From assembly GCA_964202905.1 (NCBI GenBank), contig CAXNJO010000003.1, positions 544,001 through 608,000 on the forward strand: a stretch of 64,000 nucleotides of DNA, written 5' to 3'. Position 1 is the first letter of the stretch; every line of letters begins with the position of its first letter. Under the pieces are notes generated by a model. It did no database searches. It saw nothing but the letters and a program-made list of their open reading frames with translations, and was not told the DNA's origin. Made by a program: the position numbers and the translations under genes. This document shows, piece by piece, positions 9,959-20,786 of the stretch. This DNA is from Polyangiales bacterium. Its GTDB lineage: Bacteria; Myxococcota_A; Polyangia; Polyangiales; JADJQN01.

Positions 9959-10288
9959 ATGGCAGGCAAGAACGTCCTCTCTGTGAACGAGCTCAACTTC
10001 GAAGCGGAGGTCCTGAAGAGCGACGTCCCCGTGCTCGTCGATTTCACGGCGACGTGGTGCGGCCCGTGCCGCCAGATCGCGCCGCTCGTCGATCAGGTCG
10101 CGGACGAATACGTCGGCCGCGCGAAGGTCGCCAAGCTCGACATCGACGACTCACCCGGGATCGCCCAGAAGTACGGCATCCGCGGCGTGCCGACGCTGTA
10201 CGTGTTCAAGGGCGGTCAGGTGGTCGCGCAGCAGGTCGGCGCCGTGCCGAAGACCGCGCTCACCTCGCTCGTCGAGCGCGCGCTCTGA
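9959..10288 (+). CDS. trxA: Thioredoxin
   Basis: VLVDFTATWCGPCRQIAP, IRGVPTL; GAGG RBS before ATG 9959. Confidence 0.97.
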   Translation: MAGKNVLSVNELNFEAEVLKSDVPVLVDFTATWCGPCRQIAPLVDQVADEYVGRAKVAKLDIDDSPGIAQKYGIRGVPTLYVFKGGQVVAQQVGAVPKTALTSLVERAL

Positions 10289-10395
10289 TCGCGGGCTGAC
10301 GGCGGCGGGGCGCGGAGGCGCGCGCCGCGAATCGCGTCCGGATGGGGCGCAGCCTCGCCAGACCCGCAGCCTCTCTGCGCGCCACTTTGCAGCGC

Positions 10396-10605
10396 GCGCA
10401 GCCTCGCCGGATGCGGCGGCGGTCCCCGAAGGCGGGCCCCACGCCGCAGAGGAAGACACCACCAAGCGTCGATGTGAACGGCCCCGCGAGGGGCCGTTTG
10501 CGCGTGGGCGTCGCCGCCGCGGAAGTGCCCCGATTCGGTGTGGTGCCGCAGGGGGGCGGGCTTCCGCGCAGGCGCACGCGCGCCCACGCCTGGCAAGGGC
10601 TGCAC
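10396..10605. ncRNA. Candidate structured RNA or palindromic element (unassigned)
   Basis: Closing stem 10398-10410/10590-10603 enclosing three hairpins, including AACGGCCCC-GCGA-GGGGCCGTT; lies in the intergenic gap between convergent genes. Confidence 0.35.
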
Positions 10606-10675
10606 GCCGCGATCGACCGCGCTTCGCTGGCGCCGCGCTCTGCCCGCGGGCGCGGGTCAAGGCCTGCGCCGACGG

Positions 10676-13368
10676 CTACCGGCGTTGTCGTTGGACTTGC
10701 TCGTAACGGTCCTGAAGGAGTCGCTCGCGCTCCTCGGTCGCCGCGGCCTGACGGCGCCACGCGATGAGCGCGCCCATGGCGACGATGAGCAGCGCGATGG
10801 CGAGCGACAGGCCGATGATGCCGCTGCCGCCCGGCCCACGAGCCGATGGAGGCGCGAGGTCCTCGGCCCGTGCGACCGGGCCGCGCTGACGCGGCCGCGA
10901 CGCCGCAGACACAGACGCCGACGACGCAGACGAGCCCCCGCGCGACGCGATCGGGAGCGCGCCCGGCAGCTCGGACGCAGGGGGGCGCGACGCGAGGGGG
11001 ATCGTGCCCGGCGGTGCAGCGGGCGACCCGAGCGAGGCCGGCGCCGCGCGCGCGACCTGCACGGGCACGGGCGCAGACTGGACCGCAGGGGACGCGGGAC
11101 CGCTCCGAAAGGGACGCGGCGACGACGACGAAGCGCGCTCGGGCGCGCCGGACGGGCTCGGGGACGCGGAAGGCGCGCGCGGCGCCGAGACCGCGGCCGC
11201 GGCAGGCGCGGGCGGCAGCGCGGCCGGGGACGCTCGCTCGCTGGCACGCGGGGCGCGGGCGGCAACGCACCCGGGGGACGCACGCTCGTCGGCGCGGGAG
11301 GGAGTCGGTTCGGCACGCCGGGCGCCCCGGCCGCGAGGAGGAAAGGCGCAGCCGACGGACGCGGCGCCTCGTGATCCGCTACAGCGCCATCTTGTGTGAT
11401 GGCCTCGCTTCGCGGGCTGCGAGCGCCCGTGGGGAGCGGCAGCGTGCCCGCGATGGGCCCGTCCGACGGGCGGCGGAGGGCCGGGAGCCGTGACCGCGCG
11501 GGGGCGTCCGGCGCCCGGCGCACCTCGAAATGCGGGACGCCCGCGACGGCCGCGGCGGGGCGCGCGGACGCTGCGGCCTGTGCGTCGTCGCGCATCTCCG
11601 CGAGATCGGCGGCGCTGAGTTGCTGCGTCTCCGCGCCACGGCGGGCGGGGCGCCGCGCCGACGCGACGGCGCGCGGGGCGGGCGGGCCGCCCTGCTCCGC
11701 CGTCTCCGGGGCCCGCGGGACGGGTCCGGCGGCGAGCGCGGCGCGGACGAGACGCGGGTCGAGGCCCTCCGGCTCGGGCGGCTTCTGCGCAGGGCGCGTC
11801 TCGAAGATTTCGTCCATCGAGATCTCCTGCGTCCCCCCGGCCGCTGCGCCGGCGATAGGCTGCCGACGCGGCGCCGCGAGCGGCCCTGATGCGGCATCCC
11901 CGGAGATCGGCGGCGTGGCGCGAACCGGGAGCCCGAGGGCCGGGCGACGCGACACCGACGCGAGCACCGCGGGCGCGAGGGCCTCGGGCAGCGCGACGAC
12001 GCGGCGCGTGTCGCGGGCGCGCTCCGGCAGGGTCTGCCCCTCGTCGAGCCGGTAGGCGGATGGCAGCGCGTCGGGCAGGAGCGGGAGCGGAGCGCGGGGA
12101 GAGTCGGAGGACTTGGAGACGGAGGAGGAGGTCGCACCGCTCGAGGACAACGCGGGGATGGACGCGGGCTGCGTCTCGGCGTCGGTCGGGAACGGGAACG
12201 CCCCGACCCGCGCCAAAACCTCCAATTCCTCTAGGGTTTCCGATACTTCGAGTGCGACCGGGGGCGCGACGGGGCGCCCCTCGGCGTCGAGCGCGGCCGT
12301 GCGCAGCGTGGCGTCGGACCGCGCCGTGGGCGGCGCCGTCGCGGCCGACGCCTCACCGAGCGCCCCCGGCGACGCGGACGGGGCGGCCGTCCCCAACAAG
12401 CTCGTCCGCGGCGCACCGGCGCGTCGGACACGGCGGAACGGACCCGGGTCGAGATCGGGCACGGGGAGGCGCGCGCACGCCGCGAGCGCCTCGATCAGCC
12501 CAGCGAGGGAGCCCGGGCGAGCGGCCGGTTCCGGGGCGAGCAGCGCGCGCAGCGCCTCCTCGACGGGCTCGAGCCCACGCCGGAGCGTCGGGAAGGCGGC
12601 CCCCGGCGGCGCCCCCGCGAGCGCCTCGAGCGCGATCCCCGCGACTCCGTAGCGGTCCGCCGCGTCCCCCGCCGTCCCGCGGAGCACCTCCGGCGCGAGC
12701 GCCCGCCGCCAGGCCGCGTCTCCCGCGACCGCGCGGACGAGCGCGGCGCCCGAGAGCACCGACAGCAGAAACGGCGAGATGAGCCGCAACCCCTCGCGGC
12801 CGACGACGACGCGCTCTGCCCGCACGTCACCGTGCCGATGCGGCGGCGGCAGCCCGGCGAGCGCCGCCGCGAGCTGCGCGACCACCGGGAGCACCTCGCT
12901 CACCTGCATCGTCTCGCCGCGCGCGCGCCGGGCGTCGAGCACGCTCCGCAGGGACGTCCCCTGGACGAGCGGCTCGACCACGAAGAGCAGCGCGCGCTCG
13001 CGGTCGACGTCGAGCAGCCCCGGCAGATAGCGGTTGCCGACCCCGACGCTCGCCGCGAGGCGCTCGCGCACGGCCTCGCGCTCCGCGGCGCCCGGCCACA
13101 TTTCACGGGCGAACACGGTGACGACGACGCGCGCGTCGCTCTCCTGATCGATCGCGCGGTAGCGGGCGAACGGGCCGTCGAGGCCGAGGCGCTCTTCGAG
13201 TTCCCAGCGCTCCGCGAGCACCTCACCGAGGCGGAGCAGCGTGCCTGGGTCGAGCCAGCGTGGCCCCGCGACGGTCGCCCCGTCGTCGTCGGGGTAGACC
13301 TCCGCCCCGCACGCCGCGCAGGTCGACGAGTCCGCGCCGACCGGGGTCTGGCACACCGCGCATTCCAT
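10676..13368 (-). pseudogene. Zinc-ribbon + Ser/Thr pseudokinase + Pro/Ala linker + C-terminal TM protein, frameshifted near 11231-11242
   Basis: CxxC..CxxC N-terminus; degenerate kinase (HGDVRAERV, APE, ADRYGVAG). The frame of ORF 10657..13389 turns Arg-rich after VPASE, while another frame continues Pro/Ala/Ser-rich to TM GIIGLSLAIALLIVAMGALIAW and stops at 10676. Confidence 0.7.
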
Positions 13369-13459
13369 CCGGGCGGGGGACGCTACCACGTCGGCCCCGC
13401 GCCCCGCGAGCGGCGCCGACGCGGCGCGCGCGCGCGGGCGGCCCTATAGTCCCGCCGCC

Positions 13460-14914
13460 ATGCCGCCCCGCGATCCGCCGCCGACCCCCGACGCGACCGG
13501 TTCCGCCGCGCACCCCGACGCCGCCGCGCACCCCGACGCCGAGGGCTGGACGCCGACGAGCTGGGCGGCGAAAGAAGCGCGGCACCTGCCCAGCTACCCG
13601 GACGCGGCCGCCGTGACGCGCGCCGTGTCCACGCTGCGCGCGCTGCCGCCGCTGGTCACGTCGTGGGAGGTCGAGCGCCTCAAGCGCCAGCTCGCGGACG
13701 CGCAGCGCGGTCGGCGCTTCGTGCTCCAGGGCGGCGATTGCGCGGAGACGCTCGCGGACTGCAAGCCGCAGGTGATCACCGACAAGCTCAAGATCCTGCT
13801 GCAAATGTCGCTCGTGCTCGTGCACGGGGGCAAGCTGCCGGTCGTCCGCATCGGCCGCATGGCGGGCCAGTACGCCAAGCCGCGCTCGGCCGCGACCGAG
13901 ACGCGCGGCGGGCTCACGCTGCCGCCCTACCTCGGCGACCTCGTCAACCATCCCGAGTTCGACGCCGTCGCGCGCACGCCCGACCCCGCGCAGATGCTCG
14001 CCGGCTACCACCACGCCGCGCTCACGCTGAACTTCGTGCGGGCGCTGACCGAGGGCGGCTTCGCCGATCTGCACCACCCCGAGTATTGGGATCTCTCCTT
14101 CCTCGGGCGTCGCGGCATGAACGACGAGCTGCGCGCCGAGTACCAGCGCACGAGCGCGTCGCTCGCGGAGGCGTTGCACTTCATGGAGGCGATGGGCGAG
14201 ACGACGATCGACGAGCTCAGCCGCGTCGAGTTCTACACCTCTCACGAGGGGCTGAACCTGCACTACGAGAGCGCGCAGACGCGCACGGTGCCGCGGCGTC
14301 CCGGCCACTACGATCTCACGACGCACCTGCCGTGGATCGGCGAGCGCACGCGCGGCCTCGACGGCGCGCACGTCGAGTTCTTCCGCGGCATCCGCAACCC
14401 GATCGGCGTCAAGCTCGGTCCCGCCGCGCGCCCCGAGGAGCTCGAGCCGCTGCTCGAGGCGCTCAACCCCGGGGACGAAGCGGGCAAGATCGTGCTCATC
14501 GCGCGACTCGGCGCCCACCGCGTCGAGGACGCGCTCCCGCGGCTCGTGGACGCCGTGCGCCGCGCGGGGCGCACGGTCCTCTGGCTGAGCGACCCGATGC
14601 ACGGCAACACGATCACCACCGCCTCGGGCCGCAAGACGCGCGACTTCGCGGACATCGTGCGGGAGCTCGAGGCCTCGTTCGACGCGCACGCGTCCGAGGG
14701 CTCACGGCTGGGCGGCGTGCACTTCGAGCTGACGGGCGACGACGTCACCGAGTGCATCGGCGGCGGTCTCACCGAGTCCGACCTCGACGCGCGCTACGCG
14801 AGCCTGTGCGACCCCCGGCTCAACTACGGGCAGGCGCTCGAGATGGCGTTCGTCCTCGCGCGGCGCATGGCGCGGAGCCCACGCCCCGCCACGCTGCCCC
14901 CACCCGGCCGCTGA
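13460..14914 (+). CDS. Class II 3-deoxy-7-phosphoheptulonate (DAHP) synthase
   Basis: QGGDCAE, GRMAGQYAKPRS, FYTSHEGL, WIGERTR, NPIGVKLGP, DPMHGNT, GGVHFELTG, CDPRLN. Confidence 0.96.
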   Translation: MPPRDPPPTPDATGSAAHPDAAAHPDAEGWTPTSWAAKEARHLPSYPDAAAVTRAVSTLRALPPLVTSWEVERLKRQLADAQRGRRFVLQGGDCAETLADCKPQVITDKLKILLQMSLVLVHGGKLPVVRIGRMAGQYAKPRSAATETRGGLTLPPYLGDLVNHPEFDAVARTPDPAQMLAGYHHAALTLNFVRALTEGGFADLHHPEYWDLSFLGRRGMNDELRAEYQRTSASLAEALHFMEAMGETTIDELSRVEFYTSHEGLNLHYESAQTRTVPRRPGHYDLTTHLPWIGERTRGLDGAHVEFFRGIRNPIGVKLGPAARPEELEPLLEALNPGDEAGKIVLIARLGAHRVEDALPRLVDAVRRAGRTVLWLSDPMHGNTITTASGRKTRDFADIVRELEASFDAHASEGSRLGGVHFELTGDDVTECIGGGLTESDLDARYASLCDPRLNYGQALEMAFVLARRMARSPRPATLPPPGR

Positions 14915-14930
14915 CGGCGACCGGCGAGCG

Positions 14931-15071
14931 CGCGACGCGACACGTCGAGGACGTTGCGGTGTCCGCGACGCGACACGTCAAGGACGTTGCGGTGTCCGCG
15001 ACGCGACACGTCAAGGACGTTGCGGTGTCCGCGACGCGACACGTCAAGGACGTTGCGGTGTCCGCGATGCG
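14931..15071. repeat. Tandem repeat, 4 x 33 bp plus a partial copy
   Basis: Unit CGCGACGCGACACGTC(A/G)AGGACGTTGCGGTGTC at 14931, 14964, 14997 and 15030; no spacers. Confidence 0.95.
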
Positions 15072-15105
15072 CCCCCTCGCGGGCTTGGCGACAGGCGCTC
15101 GCGGC

Positions 15106-15612
15106 TCAGCGGGACACGCCGCCGACGCCGCCCGTGCTGCCGAAGCCGCCCTCGCCTCGCGCCGTCCCGCCGAGCGCCGCCGCGTCTTCGACCAGGACGA
15201 CGCGCGCACGCGCGACGGGCGCGACGACGAGCTGCGCGATGCGGTCCCCCGGGTGCACGGTGAAGTCGTGCGGGCCGAGGTTGACGAGGAGGACCTTCAC
15301 CTCGCCGCGGTAGTCCTCGTCGATCGTCCCCGGCGCGTTGAGCACGGTGACGCCGTGCCGCGCGGCGAGCCCGGAGCGCGGGCGCACCTGCCCCTCGTGG
15401 CCCGGCGGCAACGCGATCGCGAGCCCCGTGGGCACGGCCTCCCAGCCGCCGCGGGGCAGGCAGAGCGGCGCCTCGAGCGCCGCGGAGAGGTCGAGGCCCG
15501 CGGCCCCCTCGGTCGCATACGCCGGAAGCGAAGCGAGCCCGGGCTTCAGGATGCACACCTGGAGCGCCGGGCCCGTCTCGCCCCCGCGCGACTTCGCGCG
15601 AGAGTCATCCAT
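15106..15612 (-). CDS. dut: dUTP diphosphatase
   Basis: [46 protein letters not shown]. Confidence 0.97.
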   Translation of the reverse strand: MDDSRAKSRGGETGPALQVCILKPGLASLPAYATEGAAGLDLSAALEAPLCLPRGGWEAVPTGLAIALPPGHEGQVRPRSGLAARHGVTVLNAPGTIDEDYRGEVKVLLVNLGPHDFTVHPGDRIAQLVVAPVARARVVLVEDAAALGGTARGEGGFGSTGGVGGVSR

Positions 15613-15632
15613 GTCGGAGCGGGGTCCGCGTC

Positions 15633-17846
15633 TCAGCGGCGCGGGCCGCGGTCGCGTCCGCCGCCGCCGCCGCCGCGATCGTCGCGACGCGGGCCACGGT
15701 CACGTCCGCCGCCGCGATCACCGCGGTCGCCACGGTCCTCGCGGGGCGGCGGCTCGATGTAGCCCTCGGGCTTCGGCAGAAGCTCCTTGCGGCTGAGGCG
15801 GATGCGCCCCTCGCGGTCGATGTTGGTGACCTTCACCTCGACGACGTCGCCGAGCTTCATCACCTCTTCGACCGAGTCGATGCGCGCCCAGTCGATGTCG
15901 GAGATGTGCAGCAGGCCGTCGTTGCCCGGCATGACCTCGAGGAAGGCGCCGTAGGGCTCCACGCGCCGCACGGTGCCCTTGTAGGTCATGCCGATCTCCG
16001 GCTCCTGCGTGATCCCGCGGATGATGTCGATCGCGCGCTGCGCGGCGACGCTGTCCGAGCTCGCGATGGCGACGGTGCCGTCGTCCTGCACGTCGATCTG
16101 GACGCCCGTCTGGTCGACGATCGCCTTGATCATCTTGCCGCCGGGCCCGATCACGAGGCGGATCTGGTCGGGCTTGACCTTGATCGTGACGATGCGCGGC
16201 GCGTACTTGGACATGTCGGCGCGCGCGGCCGGGAGCGCCTCGTTCATCTTGCCGAGGATGTGGAGGCGGCCGTCCTTCGCCTGCGCGAGGGCGCGCGAGA
16301 CGACGTCCCGCGCGAGACCGCTGATCTTGATGTCCATCTGGATGGCGGTGATGCCCTTCGAGGTGCCGCACACCTTGAAGTCCATGTCACCGAGCGCGTC
16401 CTCGTCGCCGAGGATGTCGGTGAGCACGGCGAACTTGCCGTTCTCCGAGATGAGGCCCATCGCGACGCCGGCGACGGGCGCCTTCACGGGGACGCCCGCG
16501 TCCATCAGCGAGAGCGAGCCGCCGCAGACGGTCGCCATCGAGGAGGAGCCGTTCGACTCGGTGATCTCCGAGACGATGCGGATCGTGTAGGGGAAGTCCG
16601 CCTTGTTCGGCAGGACCTTGCTGATCGCGCGCTCGGCGAGCTTGCCGTGGCCGACCTCGCGGCGGCCGGGGCCGCGCATCATCTTCGCCTCACCGACCGA
16701 GTACGGCGGGAAGTTGTAGTGCAGCATGAACGGCTTGAACGAGCCGCCGATCAGCGCGTCGATGCGCTGCTCGTCCTGGCCCGTGCCGAGGGTCACCGTG
16801 ACGATGCCCTGCGTCTCGCCGCGCGTGAAGAGCGACGAACCGTGGACGCGCGGGAGGAGGCCCGCCTCGATGGCGATCGGGCGCACCGTCGTGAGGTCGC
16901 GGCCGTCGACGCGGCGCCCCTCCTCGACGATCTGCAAGCGCATCGTGACGTAGCGGAGGTCTTCGAAGGCCGTCTTCGCGTGGGCCTCGGCCTCGGCGCC
17001 GAGCTCGGCGACGACCTTCGCGACGACCGCCTTCTTGGCGGCCTTGAACGCGCCGTAGCGCTCGTGCTTGACGCGGACGTTGCACGCCTCGCGGACGAGG
17101 GCGAGGCCGTGCGCCTTGACGCTCGCCGTGATGTGCTCGGGCGTCGCGGGCGGCGAGAAGGTCATCTTCGCCTTGCCGACGGCCTCGCGCATACGCTCGA
17201 TGAGGCCGATCGCCTCCTGCACGGCCTGCTGGCCGAAGAACATCGCGTCGACGAGGTCCGACTCCTGGGCCTCGTTCGCCTCGCCCTCGACCATCATGAT
17301 CGCGTCCTTCGAGGCAGCGACGACGATCTCGAGGTCGGCGCGCTCGATCTCCGCGAAGGTCGGGTTGGCGACGAGGCGGCCGTCGATGCGCGCGACGCGC
17401 ACGCCGCCGATCGGGCCGTCCCACGGGATGTTCGAGATGTGCAGCGCCGCCGAGGCGCCGAGCATCGCGAGCATGTCCGAGGGGTTCTCCTTGTCGTAGG
17501 AGAGGACGGTCGCGATGATCTGGACCTCGTTCTTGTAGCCCTCGGGGAAGAGCGGGCGGCAGGGGCGGTCGATGAGGCGCGAGATGAGCACCTCCTCGTC
17601 ACGCAGGCGCCCCTCGCGCTTGAAGAAGCCGCCGGGGATCTTGCCGGCGGCGTACGTCTTCTCGACGTAGTCGACGCTCAGCGGGAAGAAGTCGATGCCG
17701 GGGCGCGGGGAGTCCGTGCCGACGACCGTGACGAGCACGATGGTCTCGCCGCAGGTGACGAGCACGGAGCTCGCCTGCTTGGCGATGCGGCCGGTCTCGA
17801 GCGTGATGAGCCGATCGCCGATCTTGACGTTTTCGCGGATGAACAT
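15633..17846 (-). CDS. pnp: Polyribonucleotide nucleotidyltransferase (PNPase)
   Basis: [45 protein letters not shown] and S1 domains; downstream of rpsO. Confidence 0.99.
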   Translation of the reverse strand: MFIRENVKIGDRLITLETGRIAKQASSVLVTCGETIVLVTVVGTDSPRPGIDFFPLSVDYVEKTYAAGKIPGGFFKREGRLRDEEVLISRLIDRPCRPLFPEGYKNEVQIIATVLSYDKENPSDMLAMLGASAALHISNIPWDGPIGGVRVARIDGRLVANPTFAEIERADLEIVVAASKDAIMMVEGEANEAQESDLVDAMFFGQQAVQEAIGLIERMREAVGKAKMTFSPPATPEHITASVKAHGLALVREACNVRVKHERYGAFKAAKKAVVAKVVAELGAEAEAHAKTAFEDLRYVTMRLQIVEEGRRVDGRDLTTVRPIAIEAGLLPRVHGSSLFTRGETQGIVTVTLGTGQDEQRIDALIGGSFKPFMLHYNFPPYSVGEAKMMRGPGRREVGHGKLAERAISKVLPNKADFPYTIRIVSEITESNGSSSMATVCGGSLSLMDAGVPVKAPVAGVAMGLISENGKFAVLTDILGDEDALGDMDFKVCGTSKGITAIQMDIKISGLARDVVSRALAQAKDGRLHILGKMNEALPAARADMSKYAPRIVTIKVKPDQIRLVIGPGGKMIKAIVDQTGVQIDVQDDGTVAIASSDSVAAQRAIDIIRGITQEPEIGMTYKGTVRRVEPYGAFLEVMPGNDGLLHISDIDWARIDSVEEVMKLGDVVEVKVTNIDREGRIRLSRKELLPKPEGYIEPPPREDRGDRGDRGGGRDRGPRRDDRGGGGGGRDRGPRR

Positions 17847-18114
17847 GGGACGAACCTCGAACCTGCGCGCGCCCCGCGGGCGCAGGTGATGGGCCCTCGA
17901 TCGGGCGTCCGGGGAGGCTCGGTCCTCGGTTCCAGGGTTCGACGGGGCCGCAGGGGCGGGCGTCGACGACTCGAAACGAAGTCCGAACAGCGTCCGAGGG
18001 CGCTCGGGCTCGGGCGGGGGGTGTCAGAGCGACGCGCGGGGCCGCGGAGCGACCGCGCGCATCGAACGAGAAGGGCCAGCGACACCATGTCGCCGGCCCT
18101 TCGTGTTCAGCCAA

Positions 18115-18381
18115 TCACTTGCGGATGCCGAGTGACTGGATGAGGTTGCGGTAGCGCTCGACGCTCCGGCTGCGGAGGTAATCGAGGAGGCTGCGGCGCT
18201 GGCTGACCAGCTGGAGGAGGCCGCGGCGCGAGTGGTGGTCCTTCGCGTGGGTCTTGAAGTGCTCGGTGAGGTACTGGATGCGCTCCGTGAGGATGGCGAT
18301 CTGGACCTCCGGCGAGCCGGTGTCGCCCTCGTGGCGGGCGTACTTCGCGATGATCTCGGTCTTCTTCTCGGCTTGCAGCAT
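18115..18381 (-). CDS. rpsO: 30S ribosomal protein S15
   Basis: [26 protein letters not shown]. Confidence 0.99.
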   Translation of the reverse strand: MLQAEKKTEIIAKYARHEGDTGSPEVQIAILTERIQYLTEHFKTHAKDHHSRRGLLQLVSQRRSLLDYLRSRSVERYRNLIQSLGIRK

Positions 18382-18438
18382 GCGTATCTCCGTGGCGCGG
18401 AGCCGGAGCCCCGACGCCCGTTTCTCGAAAGGGGCGCA

Positions 18439-18466
18439 ATTCTAGCGGCCCGGGGTGGCGGGTCAA
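18439..18466 (-). promoter_or_regulatory. sigma70-type promoter of rpsO-pnp
   Basis: TTGACC-N16-TAGAAT on the minus strand; -10 box ends ~57 nt upstream of the rpsO start. Confidence 0.65.
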
Positions 18467-18494
18467 GCGCCGCGGCGAGGGCGCGGGGCGCGGC

Positions 18495-19463
18495 TCAGAT
18501 CAGCGTGATCGGCGCGCAGATCGAGACGCCCGCGCCGACGATGATGCGGCCGGTGTCGTTCACGACCTTCGTGACCGAGCCATCGCCCTCGGGCGGCAGG
18601 TTGAAGCGCCAGACCTCGGAGTTCGTCGCGCCGGTCGCGCGGATGAAGACGTAGAAGCGGCCGCCCCAGAACGCGAAGGCGTACTGCGACTCGAAGTCGC
18701 CGCCCATCGCCGCGAGCTCGAAGGCGCGCGTCTCGGCGCCGGTGTTGCGGTCGAGTTCGACGATGCGGCCCGGCGTCACGCGCGAGAACACCGTGTCGGG
18801 CTTGTAGAAGGCGTAGAGGCCACCGGCGGCGTTGCCCGAGAGCTCGGGCCAGCCGGCGAGGTCGCCGATCGGCGTCGCCGCGCGCGTCGAGGGCACGACT
18901 CGGCCGAGCTTCGCCGGCCGCAGTGAACTCATCTCGAGCAGGTCGATGAAGGTGCCGCCCGAGACGAAGAGCAGCTCGGAGCTGCCGTCCGCGGAGAAGC
19001 CCATGCCGAAACGCTCGAAGGGCGCGGCGAGCGGAAAGGCGTCCGCGCCGCAGCTCGCGTCGAGCGTGCTGACGAGGCGGATGTTCCCGTCGTTGAAGAG
19101 CACCCAGGCGTTGGCGCTCTGGTCGACGGACATCGAGAAGGGCCGGTTGCCCGCGGCGCAGGGGATGACGCCGACGTTCGTGAACGTGAGCGTCGCCGGG
19201 TCGAAGCGCGCGAGCGTGTTCGCGCGGTCGATGACGTAGACGTACTCGGCGCGCTCGTCGCAGGCGGGGGGCGTCGGGCCGAGGTCGGGGGGCGGGCCGA
19301 AGTCCGGTCGGGGCCCGGCGTCGATCGGGCCGCCGAGGTCGGTGCCGCCACCAGAGCCGCCGTCGCGGCCGCGGGTCGGGACGCGGTCGTCGGAGCCACA
19401 CGCGACGCCGGCGAGCGCGAGCATGGAAAACAAGGAAGTAAGGAGGACGCGAGAGAGACGCAT
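18495..19463 (-). CDS. Lipoprotein, probable beta-propeller (myxobacterial family)
   Basis: MRLSRVLLTSLFSMLALAGVAC lipobox; DAG linker; FAFWGGRFYVF and IVGAGVSICAP C-terminus. Confidence 0.8.
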   Translation of the reverse strand: MRLSRVLLTSLFSMLALAGVACGSDDRVPTRGRDGGSGGGTDLGGPIDAGPRPDFGPPPDLGPTPPACDERAEYVYVIDRANTLARFDPATLTFTNVGVIPCAAGNRPFSMSVDQSANAWVLFNDGNIRLVSTLDASCGADAFPLAAPFERFGMGFSADGSSELLFVSGGTFIDLLEMSSLRPAKLGRVVPSTRAATPIGDLAGWPELSGNAAGGLYAFYKPDTVFSRVTPGRIVELDRNTGAETRAFELAAMGGDFESQYAFAFWGGRFYVFIRATGATNSEVWRFNLPPEGDGSVTKVVNDTGRIIVGAGVSICAPITLI

Positions 19464-19537
19464 GGCACGCACCCTACCCCGCACGATCGGGCCCGACCAT
19501 CCCGAAATCGTTGACGCGGTGCGCGACTCGCAGCGCG

Positions 19538-20716
19538 TCAGGCCGTCGACGGAGGCAGCGAGAGCCCGCGCTCGACACGGTCGCGGCCGGTCTGCTTGGC
19601 GGTGTAGAGCGCCGCGTCCGCACGGCGGAAGAACGACTCCCAGTCTTCCGGGCGCGCCGGGTCGAAGGCCGCGACGCCGAAACTCGCCGTGACGCGCAGC
19701 GACGGGCCGCGCGTGACGACGGGAGCGCCGACGAGCGCCTCGCGGAGACGGCCCGCGAGGGTCGCGGCTCCCTCGATGTCCGAGTCGCGCATGAGCACGC
19801 AGAACTCCTCGCCGCCGTAGCGCGCGACGGTGTCCGAGCCGCGCGCGCCGCGGCGCAGCACCCCGCCGAGGTGGCGGATGACGTCGTCGCCGATGGCGTG
19901 TCCGTGCGTGTCGTTGACCGACTTGAAGCGGTCGATGTCCGCCACGATCAGCGCGAGCGGCTTCTTCGTGCGCGCGGCGTACTCGAGCTCGGCGCGGACG
20001 CGCTCCTCGAGGGCGCGGCGGTTCGCGCAGCCAGTCATCGGATCCATGAGGGCGAGCTCGCGCGAGCGGGCGTCGCTGCGCTCGCGGTGCATGACGAGGA
20101 AGCCGAGCCCGGTGCCGAGCGCGTAGAGTATCTCCGGGAAGAACGCGATCGAGCGCTCGAGGGAGGGGCCGAGGAAGCGCTCGTCGATGTGGTCGGAACT
20201 CCAGAGGATGCCGATGCGCACGGCCATGCAGGCGCTCGTGAGCGCGCCGAGCCCGATGCCGATCACGCGCGAGCGCTCCTTGCGGATGCCGCCGCCGCGC
20301 GCGAATTCCCACGATCCGGCGGCGGTGAGCGCGCCGATGACCATGGAGGAGAACGTCGACCGCAAGACGTAACTCGCGCCGGCTCCCCACAGGATCGCGA
20401 AGACGGGCACCATGGCGACCGTCGCCGAGAGCAGCCGACGCGGCGAGGCGTCCGGGTCGTTGAAGCGGCGGTACGCGTTCCAGTGCAGCGCGATCGCGAT
20501 CCAGATGAGGCCATTCCCGAAGAGAATCGGGATGAACGCCGGCGCATGCCCACGCGTGAGTTGCGCGGTGAAGGCGACCGCGAGCACCCACGAGCCCAGC
20601 GTCGCCTCGCGGAAGCCGGGGACGGTGCGCGCGTCGCGCGCCGACGGCAGGATGAGCCCGACGAGCAGCGACGAGGCGATGACCATCACCATGATCGTCG
20701 GGACGTCGAGTTGCAC
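19538..20716 (-). CDS. Membrane-bound diguanylate cyclase (GGEEF)
   Basis: About 6-7 TM segments, then DPMTGCANRR, DIDRFKSVNDTHGH, I-site RGSD, RYGGEEF, ADAALYTAKQTGRD. Confidence 0.93.
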   Translation of the reverse strand: MQLDVPTIMVMVIASSLLVGLILPSARDARTVPGFREATLGSWVLAVAFTAQLTRGHAPAFIPILFGNGLIWIAIALHWNAYRRFNDPDASPRRLLSATVAMVPVFAILWGAGASYVLRSTFSSMVIGALTAAGSWEFARGGGIRKERSRVIGIGLGALTSACMAVRIGILWSSDHIDERFLGPSLERSIAFFPEILYALGTGLGFLVMHRERSDARSRELALMDPMTGCANRRALEERVRAELEYAARTKKPLALIVADIDRFKSVNDTHGHAIGDDVIRHLGGVLRRGARGSDTVARYGGEEFCVLMRDSDIEGAATLAGRLREALVGAPVVTRGPSLRVTASFGVAAFDPARPEDWESFFRRADAALYTAKQTGRDRVERGLSLPPSTA

Positions 20717-20786
20717 GGCGGCGCACCGTAGGCGCTGCGCTGCGCGGCGCGTCAACCGGACCGCGGCGGCGCGCCGCGACGCGCGA

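Noticed and set aside
10396..10605. Assignment as retron ncRNA, 6S, SRP or RNase P RNA
   Set aside because: No reverse transcriptase nearby and no diagnostic sequence motifs; kept only as an unassigned structured candidate.
13460..14914. Class II DAHP synthase as marker of a secondary-metabolite cluster
   Set aside because: No phenazine, PKS, NRPS or chorismate-utilising genes nearby; probably primary shikimate pathway.
14931..15071. 33-bp repeats as a CRISPR array
   Set aside because: Units are directly adjacent with no unique spacers, and there are no cas genes in the window.
17847..18114. rpsO-pnp intergenic region as a novel RNA
   Set aside because: A structured pnp leader is expected here and I could not define a specific structure by eye.
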